Shown here piece after piece: positions 14,031 to 26,809 of a stretch of DNA of 64,000 nt. Position 1 is the first letter of the stretch. Each line of letters begins with the position of its first letter. The stretch comes from Octopus vulgaris (taxonomy: Eukaryota): assembly GCA_951406725.2 (NCBI GenBank), contig OX597816.1, forward strand, positions 133,734,001-133,798,000, read 5' to 3'. The notes under the pieces were generated by a model. That model searched no databases. It was not told where the DNA came from and saw only the letters and a program-made list of their open reading frames with translations. Made by a program: the position numbers and the translations under genes.

Positions 14031-15930
14031 AAGTATGTGTGTGGTCATGTGTGCATGAAGGTGCATCAATGTTTATATATCTTATGCTCAGCACTGCTTT
14101 ACTTAAGCAGTGTTTGTGTTGACATTATGACTAGTTGCTCTGTACGTTCAGAGACCTGTGGAAGGAAATAATCCTTTACGAGAAAAACAAGGTAAAGATT
14201 AGCAACAGGAAAGGTAAATGACTGTAAAATCCTTCCTCAAATAGCTCTCTGTCCAAACTCATGCTAGTATGGAAAATTGAATGTTACATGAACAAACAAT
14301 AACATCCTTGATACACAGAAATGGAGAAGCCACAAACTAAATACTGTGTAATCAATAACAACTATAGAGGTAAAACAAAAATGCAGTAGAATTTCACTTA
14401 CTGACAAGTAAGTCAGAGTTAGAAATATGATAGAAACATCAGAGTACTAAGTAGTATTAGCAACCACATGGTAAAGATCAATGATTATTGAGAATTAGCT
14501 GAAATCAGTGGGGCAAGTGCTTTGAGGAATATGGAAGAAACTTAGATATGCAGCTTTGAATGAAAATAAAGAAGTTCTCTTTAAGTGTATGAAATATATA
14601 ATGTAATAGATGTATGAAGTATGAGGCTGATAAATGCAGATGATATGTATGGTTGGAGAAGTGGATAATTTGTAAAATGTTAACGTATGTAAAAGGTTAA
14701 TAAATGTGTTTAATAAGTGACTATATTGGAAAACTGTTTTGTTTTCTTTTTTTTGTAGTCAAAGTAGGCAGAAAACAACAATTCTTTGCAAAATAAATGA
14801 GTGACAAATGCTGGATGAAAAGTATGTTGAAAGGATTGTGAAAGATAGACCAAAGGACACTTGAATACTAGTTAAATGGTGCAATGGTGCAATAACAAAT
14901 TCACAATGAACAAATTATGCATCCTAGTTTTGATTCTTAGATGGAATCATTTCATTCTTGCTGCTAATTGTATAAGGAAAACATGAATGTTACACAATCA
15001 CTCTTTCAGCTATAAATTGTAAGTTTCATTCATATAAAAGAAATCATTTCAAGTCATTTATTGGCTGTTTAATACAGTATGTCAAACATAATACATTACA
15101 AGCAGTAGACTGATTAAATAATGAAGGGTCTTCGCTTCAGAAAGTAGCAATCAGAGCAAAGACATTTCCTCCAAAACTTAATACAGTTAATATACAATAA
15201 TTAAAAAATCTTTTAACTGTTACAATTGTTCCATAAAAAAAATATGAATACAGAATCTCTTCAAAATGTGCTTAGGTTAAGGATTTGAATGGCAGCTCTT
15301 TTTCCGCTATAGCAGTATTATTCAACTGATTAACAAATTCGACAAGTAGCTATAAGTTGAATATGTCTGCATCTCAAATCCAATTTCAATATTACACATA
15401 CAATATTACACATACGTTTTAAACAGATTACATACAATGCATAGCAAATACAAAACTATATATGAAATGAAAGAAAAGGAAAGGAAAAAAGATTCAATGT
15501 CTTATAATCCATTGAGTAAATAGCAAACAATGAAAAAAGGTAGGGCGGGGAGAGAATAAAGAGGGGGAGGAGGAAAAGTGGAGAGGAAGGGGAGCAGTCC
15601 TAAATAACACAGATACTATGTGCTTATATCCAGTTGTAGTAGAGCTATACAAACAAGGAGTGGCACTGACAAAGCAGGTTGGACAAAAGGTGGGGGAATT
15701 ACAAAAAGATAAAAGCATGACATACTTTTTTTTTAAAGAGACTATCTTCTCATACTACAACAATACTGTATTACTATGATCATTTTCATTCATGAAAGGA
15801 AATCAGAACAGAAGACAAACTAATGATTGTATACTGAGTAAAATGTGAGCTGTGTAAATCTAATCTACAACTAGAACAAACTGGCCAGTGACTAAAACAG
15901 CAACATCAGCATCAAGTCTGCCTGCCTGCT

Positions 15931-16010
<80 letters not shown>

Positions 16011-17127
16011 TCCTTGTCTGTCTGGTATTTCTACCCAGATGTCAGATATATCAGAAAGGATGTGTGACAATTTTGGTAAATAAATGCATATATTTTGAAA
16101 TTACTACAGGCATGCAAACAGCGATTACAACTTGTGTGTGTGTGTGGTATGTATGTGTACATGTGCATTCAATGCACATATGTATGGACTGAAAGTGTGA
16201 TGGGAAGGTGCTTGCATGACCTGGAAGGAGAAGTGAGAATATGAACTGTGTTGAAAGGAAAGAGGGTGTATACAGGTATGATTTGATGGTTTGTGTATGT
16301 ACGTGATAGGTGTTTTTGGTGAGGTATGTACGTGTGGTGTGGTGTGGTTGGTATTCAGTGGTGTGAGTATTGAGAAATATCATGTAATACTATGCCAGTA
16401 TGATGACGGCAGTAAGTAGACAATAAGTTGAAAATGTGTGTGTGTGTGTCTGTGTAAATATATATGCGCAAAAAAAAAGGTCCAGGTAAAGACTGAGAAT
16501 ACACAACAGGAGTTACTGATGAGGAAAGGGACTAAATCAAAAAGGGAATTAGAATATGAAGTCTAAAGTTTGTAAGGCAACAAGTTATTGTTTTTTCAAC
16601 TCTTGTTCATAAATATGCACACCTTGCTCAATGTGAAAGCTTATAACTTACACATGTGAGAGCATAAAAACTTATAGAGCACTTAGTAAATTGTAAACAC
16701 ATCAATTCAGTTGACCTAGAAATGAATAATATGTCAATCTTAATGTGTACGTGTGTGTGTATGCACATTAGCTCCTTTCACATGCATTAAAATGAAGTCA
16801 GATTACAATTACAGGTATGATCAATTTTAGTTATGCTGATGTGAGATGTGGTGAAAATGAATATGAGTGCTAATATGTGCATATGTATGTGCACATCATT
16901 TGTAATAATAGCCTTTCTGACTACAAAAAGTAGATATTTTTGATGTTCAAAATTGATGCAGGAAGAAAACTAGTAAACAGAACAAACTGTATTTTAACAA
17001 CACAAACAGAACAAATGAAGTTAGCTAACAGTACAATGCTAAGAAGCTAAAAAAAAAAACAGTAATAACAAAATACAGACTATAAAATTTAAAAACTATT
17101 TAGTATGTGGAAGTTTTTTTTGCATGG

Positions 17128-17163
<36 letters not shown>

Positions 17164-17220
17164 GAATGTGTGTGTGTGCATGTTTGTATGCAACTTTAAA
17201 CTGCAGTTAAATACATACAC

Positions 17221-17318
17221 CGTACTGCTGAAAACTTGAGGTATATTTCCCGCGTTTCAGGGTGCAGACAGGTATCAAACTGGAGGTTCTTATTTTTCAA
17301 GCCCTCATCAAAATTCAT
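17221..17318 (-). CDS. Candidate alternative first coding exon B: MNFDEGLKNKNLQFDTCLHPETREIYLKFSAV(R)
   Basis: tag|ATG at 17318; 98 nt open frame; donor either CG|gtgtat (phase 2) or, 2 nt further, GT|gtatgt (phase 1); strong upstream donor gtaagt at 17634-17629 could belong to a non-coding leader exon; shares C[LI]HPE with exon C. Confidence 0.4.
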
Positions 17319-17707
17319 CTAACCTTGAATAATGTGTCATTAAGAAGAAACATGCCTACTATCAATTGGAAAATGCTTCATAGTTCACACAAAGGTGTGC
17401 TAATTTGTATATTAATGTTAGTATGACAAATAAACATTAAGAAATTTATAAGTACACCACCACAAGAAAATATTTAAAAAATTTCACACCAAAAAATTTT
17501 TATGTTTAAATCTACACATTCTTGGTGTAGAATGAAATTTAGGTAATATACCTCAAATCTTTGGCAGTATGGCGCACATATCAAATTTTGCGAAAGTTTG
17601 AAAAGTCTGGAATGACACTAAGTTTCATACTTACACTGCACTGACAGGAAATTTTTAGGTATGTCTCACCAAGTTTCAAACTACAGTTAGAGCATGTAGG
17701 TTTTAAA

Positions 17708-18096
17708 CACAGGCATGACTGTGTGGGAAGAAGCTTGCTTCCCAACTACATGGTTCCAGGTTCAGTCTCACTGTATGGCACCTTGGGCAAGTGCCTACTA
17801 TAGACTTGGGCCAACCAAAGCCTTGTGAGCGGATTTGGCAGATGTAAACTGAAAGAAGCCCATTGCGTGTGTATATGTGTGCGTGTGCATGTCTATATAT
17901 GTGCGTGCGTGTGTGTGTGTCTTTGTGTATGTGTTGGTGTGTTTACGTCCCTGTAACTTATGGGTTTGGCAAAAGAGACCAATAGAATAAGTACTAGGCT
18001 TAAATAATTCCCCCTGGAGCCAATTTGTTCAACTAAAACCTTTCAAGGCGATGCTCCAGCATGGCCACAGTCAAATGACTGAAACAAGTGAAAGAA
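17708..18096 (+). mobile_element. SINE family B, full length (tRNA-like head, central (GT)n, LINE-like tail)
   Basis: ggcatgactgtgtgg...ggttcagtc head; aaggcgatgctccagcatggccacagtcaaatgactgaaacaag tail; many copies in the window. Confidence 0.9.
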
Positions 18097-19599
18097 CACT
18101 CAATTCTTAAAAGTTTCATACTATGCCAATGTCTTACAAATTAGGATGGATATTTATTGTTTGAGGATGAGGATTCAGGTGCTTGGTCTCCTAAGTTACA
18201 TGTTCTGGATTTAACATATAACTGGTTGAGCATTCCATGAACACTTGTATCCTTAACATAATTCTTAGGGAAAATCAATGTGACACAAAGTATGTGACAA
18301 GACTACACTTTTGAATTACAGGTACAATTAACTCGATGGGCCATTATACAGTTTCCATCAACCCAATTTCATATGCAAGACAAGGATTAACTCAAGGCTA
18401 TAGAAAATGACATTTGTTAAAGAAGAGATCAAACCCAGGACTTAGTGGCTGCATAAAAGACTTTAAACCATTCAGCCATCCTGTGCCTAATTTTACAAAT
18501 CAATCAATGCATGCACACATATATACACACATACACACACTCTCTCTCTCTTTCATACACACACACACAGACACACACATACATACATAAAACTTATCAC
18601 TGAAGAAATTCTGTGATGTCAAATGTTGCCTTAGTTCTCTTACAAAAGATATATATAAATCCAAGTTCTGTTGGACACTTTTTATGTCACGCTAAGGTCA
18701 CACATTTCAGAAAAGCATAAACTCAACTTCCCGTAACTCTTTAGCAATAGCTGAATTGTTATGCCAGTGTGAAAAAGAAGTCAGTTACATCATCTTAAAA
18801 GAATAATTTTCATGAACTACAAAGATTCAGTACATACATCTCTGGTTTTCATAGTTCTACACTGATGGCTTATAAATATTTTCCAGGATAAGAACATAAA
18901 TCTATATTAAACCAACTTATATTGTTGGATTGAAATCTGTATTCCAGCACTATGCTTCATATAACTATTAACTTCAGCTTTCTGCTTTTATTCAAATTTG
19001 TATATTCTTTGATACACATATCCTTCCCATTTACTTTGGAGCTATAATTCTTACTAAAGCATCAATAGTTTTGTTAAAGGACTGATCTGAAATGACTACT
19101 GCAATTGATAGAGTTTGAATATTTTTTATGATGCAGTAATGTATATTGACACAAAAATTTCTAGATCTTTATACTTGCAGTGTGTATGTGTACATACATA
19201 CACATATATATATGCATGTATATATGTTTATTATGCTGAGCCACGTTACAGGGGTAGATATAGGTAGAAGATGTAGGAGGAGAAATGAGATGGAGAAAGA
19301 GAGTGAGGGTATCGGGGGGAGGGCAGAGCTACAAGGAAAAGATGGTGAGAGAAAGAGAGAGAGATGAGATGGCAGGGAAATTGTGAGGAGAGGGCAGTGA
19401 GAGAAAAAGAGATAGGGTATTGGGGAGCAGTGAGTGAATGCACTGAGCATAGTGGGAGAAAAGAGGGACTTGAAGGGAATCATAGAGATGGAGAGAGAGA
19501 GAGAAAGAGAGAGAGAGAGCAGTAGAGGATGAGTGTAATTAAAGAATCCCAAGTGTAAGGTAGGCCAGGTGGGAGTAGTAGGTTGATGTGTCAAGAGTA

Positions 19600-19870
19600 C
19601 TCTAGCCTCTCACTTTGTTAGGGTTCTCTCTGGGATGCTTGCCCAAAAGAGTGAGTTTTGTCCAGTATAGCATGCCACAAATCATTGCAATTTGTTGTCT
19701 CTTTTGTAAGGTTCAATCACTTCATTCCACTCTTCTTGGATTTTCTTACTCCATGGGGTCCATCAACTTTGTGTGCATGACACTTCTTTAAACAGCTGTC
19801 ATCATCCATATGCAACAGATAACCATACCACTGCAGTCTCCTCTCTCCACAAACTACACTTGACTCCCCT
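19600..19870 (-). mobile_element. RTE LINE 3' coding fragment
   Basis: Reverse strand gives RRLQWYG-like motif (agactgcagtggtatggt), homologous to 24800-24920. Confidence 0.6.
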
Positions 19871-20305
19871 ACACACCCCACCCAATCACCCTTCTACTCT
19901 GCCCCTATCTCTTTTCTCCCCCACTACCACATCACCACAACAATAAATCTATTCATCATATCATGTTTCATCACCTTGCCTCTAAACTCATCAACCACTC
20001 TCTCATTTCTTTCAGTATTCTTTAGTCTTGCCAATTACAAGACAAACTCACTTGTGCTGGTGGCATGAATTTAAAAAAGCACCTAGTACATTCTGTACAA
20101 TTGTTATTATTGGGATGGGCGTGAAAAAAACTGAGTCATTGGAAAATAATGCTGTTTTGTCTGTGCATCAGATCTGCCAAACTGTCCACTCCATGCCAGT
20201 CTTGAAGGCAGACCTAATACTATATGTGGACCTAATGCTATATAAATATATATTTATATGCATTTAGAGAGTGAGAGAATGTGTGATTGTGTGCATGTAT
20301 ATATA

Positions 20306-21444
20306 TTAGGGTGTTTGGAAAGTAATTGCATTTTACCAGAATGACTATGAAAATAAATGTAAACTACATTCATCTGAATAGTTTTAATCAAGAATTTAAT
20401 CACCACTATTTCAACGACTGCAGTCCAATAGGAAAATAACTTTTTTATGCCATGTTCAAAGAAAAAATGTCTAAAAGACTCTTTTCAACTTCTCTGTTTC
20501 TGAATGTTTTGCCTCTTATAAAATATTCTAGTGATCAGAACAGATGGAAATCCATAGGTGTTAAGTCAGGTGAGTATAGAGGATGTGGAAGAACTTCCCA
20601 GCATAATGATATTATGTTTTTCTTGGGTTTGTTTTGTGGCTGTGCATTATCATGCTGGACAATAACATCTCTTCTGTTTACCAAAGCTGGCCACTTTCTA
20701 CGTAATTTTTCATTTATATGAGCAAGTTGTTGGCAGTTGACATTTGCATTGACAGTTCTTCCATGTTCTGCTGAATAAAGAGCAAGGATTTTTGTGGATG
20801 GAGTTCTGATTTTAGTGTTGGCACTGGCCTCTCATTACATGAAACCAATGATTTCTTCATTTTCTGTTGTGATGCAAAACCCATTTTACATCACCTGTAA
20901 TAATGCACTGCAAAAATGACAGGTTGTTATTCCTGGTTAGAAGTCTGATGCAAATAGCAGAACATTGTGTTCGCTTCTCAAGCATAAGCTCATGTGGAAT
21001 CCAAATTTCCTCCTTGCATGCTTTCCCAGTTTGCTTAAGATGTTTGTGGATAGCTGAAGATGACACATTAAGTTTTTGCCCCAACTATCTGGTGCTTTGA
21101 TGTGGATCACATACAATAGTCTCATTCAAAAGGTCTTCATTCTGAGTGGGTCATCTTCCAGAAAAAGGCTTGTCAGATATGTCACAATCACCATCTTTAA
21201 ACCTTCTAATCCACAGCTGACATGTACAAGCTTTGTTTCAGTAAGCAATGGAAAATATATAGTTGCATCACGGTATTATCCTCCATGAGGTTGATTACTG
21301 AAATAACTATGAATGACACACTGCCAAATAGAAGAGATGATATACTATTTCTAGACAGTTCTTGCCAATACCTTCACTCTGATATCATTGGTTGATTCAT
21401 ATTTATAGTAGTGAAAAGATGCAATTACCTTCCAAACACTGGAA
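20306..21444 (-). mobile_element. Decayed mariner element with both TIRs
   Basis: TIRs ...gtgtttggaaagtaattgca at the left end and its complement at 21420-21444; reverse translation shows WIPHEL, IITGDVKW and YSPDLTPMDFHLF. Confidence 0.9.
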
Positions 21445-21652
21445 TATACATACATACATATATGTATATGCATATTCCAGTGTTCAGAAGGTAATTGGTA
21501 AAAGGTATATGTATATACAAATATATTATTCAACCACAATAGTGATTGAATATATTCTTAAGTCTACCATTTCATCAATTGCATCAGCTTCCAAGCTCTA
21601 CTACTAATTCAGTTCTCAATTAAAATGCAAACAGTTAATAGTTTTCCATGCA

Positions 21653-21717
<65 letters not shown>

Positions 21718-21719
21718 AG

Positions 21720-21932
21720 CATTGAACTGCATATTATTTTGCTCTGCCCACTTCTATATTGCATTTAAGTCATTCTGCAGGCTTATGACATCATCAGGAT
21801 TCTTTATTGCCTAAGATAGTTTTGTGTCATTAGCGTAGCTAGTGACAATGGCTGTCCGAGTGAATATGGGCATGTCCAGAAGGGCTACTATGAACAGTAG
21901 TGGCCCCAGGACAGTTCCTTGTAGAACACCAC
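21720..21932 (-). mobile_element. CR1/L2/Jockey-group LINE RT fragment
   Basis: Reverse translation GVLQGTVLGPLLFIV...VTSYANDTKL (QG-box and decayed YADD). Confidence 0.8.
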
Positions 21933-22169
21933 TCAATATCTCTATCTCTTCTCTGTCTATCTCTCTCCCGCTCTTGTTCTTCATCCTTTCTGATTTTCTC
22001 TCCCACCCTTCCCTATTCTTCTCCTCTCCTCTTCACCGTTCCCTCTCTCTTACGCTTCCTCCTTGATTCTCTCATCACTGACACCTGATGAAAGAGAATC
22101 TATCTTTCTTTCCATTTCCTTCCTAAAGACAAGACGTGCTTATACCTGTCTCCTCTCATAAGCTCGTCC

Positions 22170-22630
22170 TCCTAGCGTTCATAATAATTTTTCCTATGGG
22201 TTTCATGAAATAGGAGTGGAGGAGCTACACTCTATTGTTCACAGTCTCTAATCAAAGTTCAGTATCAAGTATGGGGAGTCTATTGCTGGAGTGCTAAGTG
22301 GGGCAATCTATAGTTACCTTGATACTTTGATGGATGGAGTTAGCTACTTGCTGGATGCTCTCCATTACGTTGCTCATAGTTTCTACACTACCATTATTAG
22401 AGTGGGTCTTAACTATGATATTAATGTCATCTACATATCTACTGTAGAGTAGAAGAGTTGTGGACTATTCTTCTAACACATGCTTAAGTTTTCTGTCCCA
22501 CCAGGTCATGAAGAGGCCGGCCACATCTCCAGCTACACCGACACCAATGGCTGCACCTTGAACCTGCATGTATAGTTTTTTGTTAAACTTTACTATGTGG
22601 TTCTTCAAGGTGGTTTTTATACTAGTTTCT
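22170..22630 (-). mobile_element. Penelope-like (Neptune-type) RT fragment
   Basis: Reverse translation QGAAIGVGVAGDVAGLFMTWWDRK...LYSRYVDDINII...ANSIHQSIKVTIDCP...RLPILD with in-frame stops. Confidence 0.8.
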
Positions 22631-22793
22631 ATATGCAAGCATATGTGTGAGCGTGTAGAGATGTGTATATGAGCATAGTGATGTGTGCATGGGTATATAT
22701 GCATGTATGTGTGTGTATGCATAGACATATTTATGTATATATGTGTGTTTCTATGTATATGTACACGCATGTATGAGTATGTATATAGATATA

Positions 22794-22988
22794 TATTTCT
22801 TTATTGACCACAAGGGGACAAACAAGGACAGACAAAGGGATTAAGTCAATTACATCGACCCCAGTGCGAAACTGGTACTTTATTTATCAACCCCGGACCG
22901 TGGCGAAATTTGAACTCAGAATGTAACGACAGATGAAATACCGCTAAGCATTCGCCCGGCGTGCTAACGTTTCTGCTAGCTCATCGCC
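22794..22988 (-). mobile_element. SINE family A, CpG-rich (young) copy with internal deletions
   Basis: Closely similar to 61767-61995. Confidence 0.9.
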
Positions 22989-24208
22989 CTGTGAATATCT
23001 ATATAGATATATATATATGTGTGTGTGTGTACATACATGCATGTGTGTGTATATGTGTGCATATGCGGAGTCTATGAATGAAGTATTACTTTCCCCATGC
23101 CTATTGGAGTAGTTTTCCTTTATTCAACAGTTTTTTTCATAGCATTTGTCTTAATAACTGATGGGATGCCAGAGCAGACTTCAGCCCCCGGCATCTGAAA
23201 CTGAGTTTGATTATGACAACCAATTGTCACATATTATATTTTTAGATAAATCCCTCTATTTTACATAATATCAAGGTCTCATTGATTCTTTTGTTGTCAT
23301 ATTATTATTAATATGTGTGTGTATGAATATATTACAATTTGACTTCTTTCTATAAAATTCACTAACAAGTCTTTGCCCATTTATGTGTGTGTGTGTGTGT
23401 GTGTACATACATGCCAACAAAACAACAAAAGCCTTTCAAGTGGATATGACAGACATAGAAAAAGGAATGTCACATATATCTGCGTGTGTGCATATGTGCA
23501 TGCATAGATATGTTTGTGTCTTCTTGGTTTTACATTGTGAAACAGTTTTAACTAAGTATAAATGTCATACAATTGGTGCTGTTTGTTTCTGATTTTCTGT
23601 GACGTCTATCTTTGCGGAAATTTTACTTCGCAAAAGAAACAGGTGAGGTGTGATAGAAAGAGTATCCGACTGTAGAAAATGCGTCTCAATGAACTCATTG
23701 TGGTTCATGCAGCAATGAAAAAAGTAGTGAAAGCATTGCGGAAAACACGTGACCAATTATTTAATGCTATCAATAATTTGTCTAATAAATATAGCGTGTA
23801 ATTGGATTTAATTGCCTTTAAATAGAACACTTCAGAAAAGTTGGAGCAAAATCTGAATTCTTATACTATCTTCTAAACAGGTGTAATACAAATACTAGAA
23901 TAGCTACAGAAAACATTTTATATGAAAGAAAATATTTCTGAAACGTTTACAAATGAGATACAATACACAGTAAATATACATTGTCACAGAATAAGCAGGA
24001 TAGCTGGAATTGGCACAAGTACTGTGGTTTTGAAACTGGTGTATATTTTATATCCAAACTTATAAAGCATTTAAATAAATTGTTAATTAAGCCAAAATTC
24101 TCCTCTTTCATAGGATTGGTATTCCTCAAACATTATCTAGATAATTGCTCATATTAAATGTTTTAGGTTTATATATATATAAATTACATAACATGATATA
24201 GCATATAT

Positions 24209-25258
24209 ATCATCATCATCGTTGTTGTTTAACGTTCACTTTCCATGCTGGCATCGGTTGAATGGTTTGACAGGGCTGGCAAGCCAGAAGGCTGCAACAG
24301 GCTTCAATCTGATCTGGCAAAGTTTCTACAGCTGGATGCCCTTCCTAATGCCAATCACTTCGAGAGTGTAGTGGATGCTTTTTACATGCCACCAGTATGA
24401 GGGCCAGTCAGGCAGTACTGGCATCAACCATGCTTGAATGGTGCATTTTACATGCCACTGGCACAGGAGCCAGTCAGGCAGCACTGACATCAACCATGCA
24501 CGAATGGTGCTTTTTACGTGCCACCTGAATGCCAATCAGGCAGTACTGGTATTGGCCATGACAATGACTTCACTTGGCTCAACAGGTCTTGGCAAGTGCA
24601 GTTTATTGCCCAATGATTGAAGGCTACTCTTAAATGGGCTGGTTATGCTTCACTGGCATAGGCCACAGTTACAGTCTCACTTAGCTTACTGGGTCTTCTC
24701 AAACACAGTGTATCTCCAAAGGTCTCGGTCACTTGTCATTGCCACTGTGAGGTCCAACATTTGAAGGTCCTACTTCACCACCTCATCCCAGGTCTTCCTG
24801 GGTTTACCTCTTCTACAGGCTCCCTTTACTGCTAGAATGTGACACTTTTTCACGCAGCTGTCCCAATCCATATGCAACATATAACCATACCAGCGCAGCC
24901 ATCTCTCTTGCACACCACATCTGATGTCCAACTTTTCTCTCAAGGCACTTACACTCAGTCATGTATGCCCACTGACATTACACATCCAGCGGAGCATACT
25001 GGCTTCATTTCTTGCAAGCTTATGCATGTCCTCAGCAGTCACGGCCCATGTTTCATGCATCATACAGTCTACCTTTTACTCTAAGCGAGAGTCCCTTTGT
25101 CACCAGCAGAGGTAGGCGCTCTCTGAACTTTTCCCAGGCTATTCTTATTCCAGCAGCTACACTCTTAGAGCATCCACCCCCACTATTGACTTGGTCACCT
25201 AGGTAATGGAAGCTATCAACTACTTGTAGTTTTTTCCCTCTGGCATGTGATGGAAACC
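24209..25258 (-). mobile_element. RTE LINE 3' end (C-terminal ORF remnant, 3'UTR with tandem units, (GAT)n tail)
   Basis: VVDSFHYLGD...AWEKFRERLPLL...GRLYDA, then RRLRWYG-like motif; catcatcatc tail at 24209. Confidence 0.9.
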
Positions 25259-25369
25259 ATGTAATATGTATATGTATAAATGTAACACAAACACACACGT
25301 CATCATCTTTAACACAGACAAACATAGATATACTCCAAAGGCTGCTCTTCCTGAGGAAAAAGATTGGCC

Positions 25370-25595
25370 TGCAAGAGTCTTGTGCTGGTGCCATGCAAAA
25401 AGCATTCATGCCAGTGCTATATTAAAAGCACCCAGCACACTCTTGGTAAAGTGGTTGACATTAAGAAGAGGATCCAACCATAAAAACTAAGCCAAGTCAG
25501 ACTGGAACCTGGTGCAGCTTTCCAGCTTGCCAGCTCTGGTCAAACTGTCCTACCCGTGCCAGCATGGAAAACAGACATCAAAGGATGACGATGAT
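25370..25595 (+). mobile_element. RTE-tail-type repeat ending in (GAT)n
   Basis: Reverse-complement match to 24210-24400. Confidence 0.75.
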
Positions 25596-25792
25596 ATACC
25601 ACCTATACTCACTAGTGATAACAAACTATTGCACAAGGCTTTCTTTACCTCATCATGGCATTTATTTTATTTTGCAAATTGTCAGGTGATATGGAGTACT
25701 ACTCAAATTTATCTGCACACAAAATTTCACCATGATTACACAACTTCTACATGATCATGGAAGATGTGGTGGAGTGCTAGACTTCCTCAACA

Positions 25793-25835
<43 letters not shown>

Positions 25836-26576
25836 AGCATGTTTGAATAAATATCTACACATATGTATACACACATGTTAATATATGTATGCTTATATAT
25901 ATTTGGCATTAGGAAGGGCATCCAACCATAGAAGGCATACCAATGCAGATATTGGGGCTTGATGCAGTTCTCTTGCTACTGTCAAAACTGGCTAGAATTA
26001 AAGGAAAGTGCAAGTTTTCTCAGTTCATCCATTTAATTGTTTATTTAGACTTTGAATAACAAATAAATATATAATCTAAGAAACATTTTGCTACAGGCAT
26101 ACACAAATGAGAATGGAACAGTGGTCACACAATAATCTTATTGTTAAAAATAAATAATTTATAGAATATCTCTTTACTAGCAGAAAGCAAAAAAAATATA
26201 CATGTATGATAATTATAAGATAAAAGAGTGTATAAATCAGTTTTATGAAAGAAGTCTTCATAAACATCAAATATTAGTGATGGAAATTATTGTAAAACAA
26301 AATCTAATAATGAATTTTCATGCTTGAATGATTTAGAAAACTCTTCCTGACATGTGACAAAATACTGACTCTAAATGAAAGTTATTGTTATTTAACAATA
26401 TCTCAAAAAATTCCATCTCAATTAAAAAAGTAGTGCAATCTTAAAAGGCAACTTTACAGACATAAGTAAATAAATCAACATAGTATTGCATTTTATAGCA
26501 GCTTTTTTCAATATCTTATTCTGATAGCTGTATTTTTATTTTAAAAACAAAACAAAATACTTAACTATACTAGTAA

Positions 26577-26742
26577 GCACAGGCATGGCAGTGTGGTTAA
26601 GAAACTCACTTTGAAATCATATGGCTTTGGATTCAGTCCCACTGTGTGGCACCTTGGGCAAGTTTCTTGTACTATAGCACCAAGTCAACCAATGCTTTAG
26701 TGAATTTGGAAGATAGAAACTTTGTGGAAGCTTGTCATGTGC

Positions 26743-26809
<67 letters not shown>

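Noticed and set aside
15726-15793. Minus-strand ATG frame ending at a phase-2 gtatgt donor with one internal TAG (possible editing-rescued exon)
   Set aside because: Needs stop-codon editing with no visible duplex partner; the donor follows a poly-A run; chance is a sufficient explanation.
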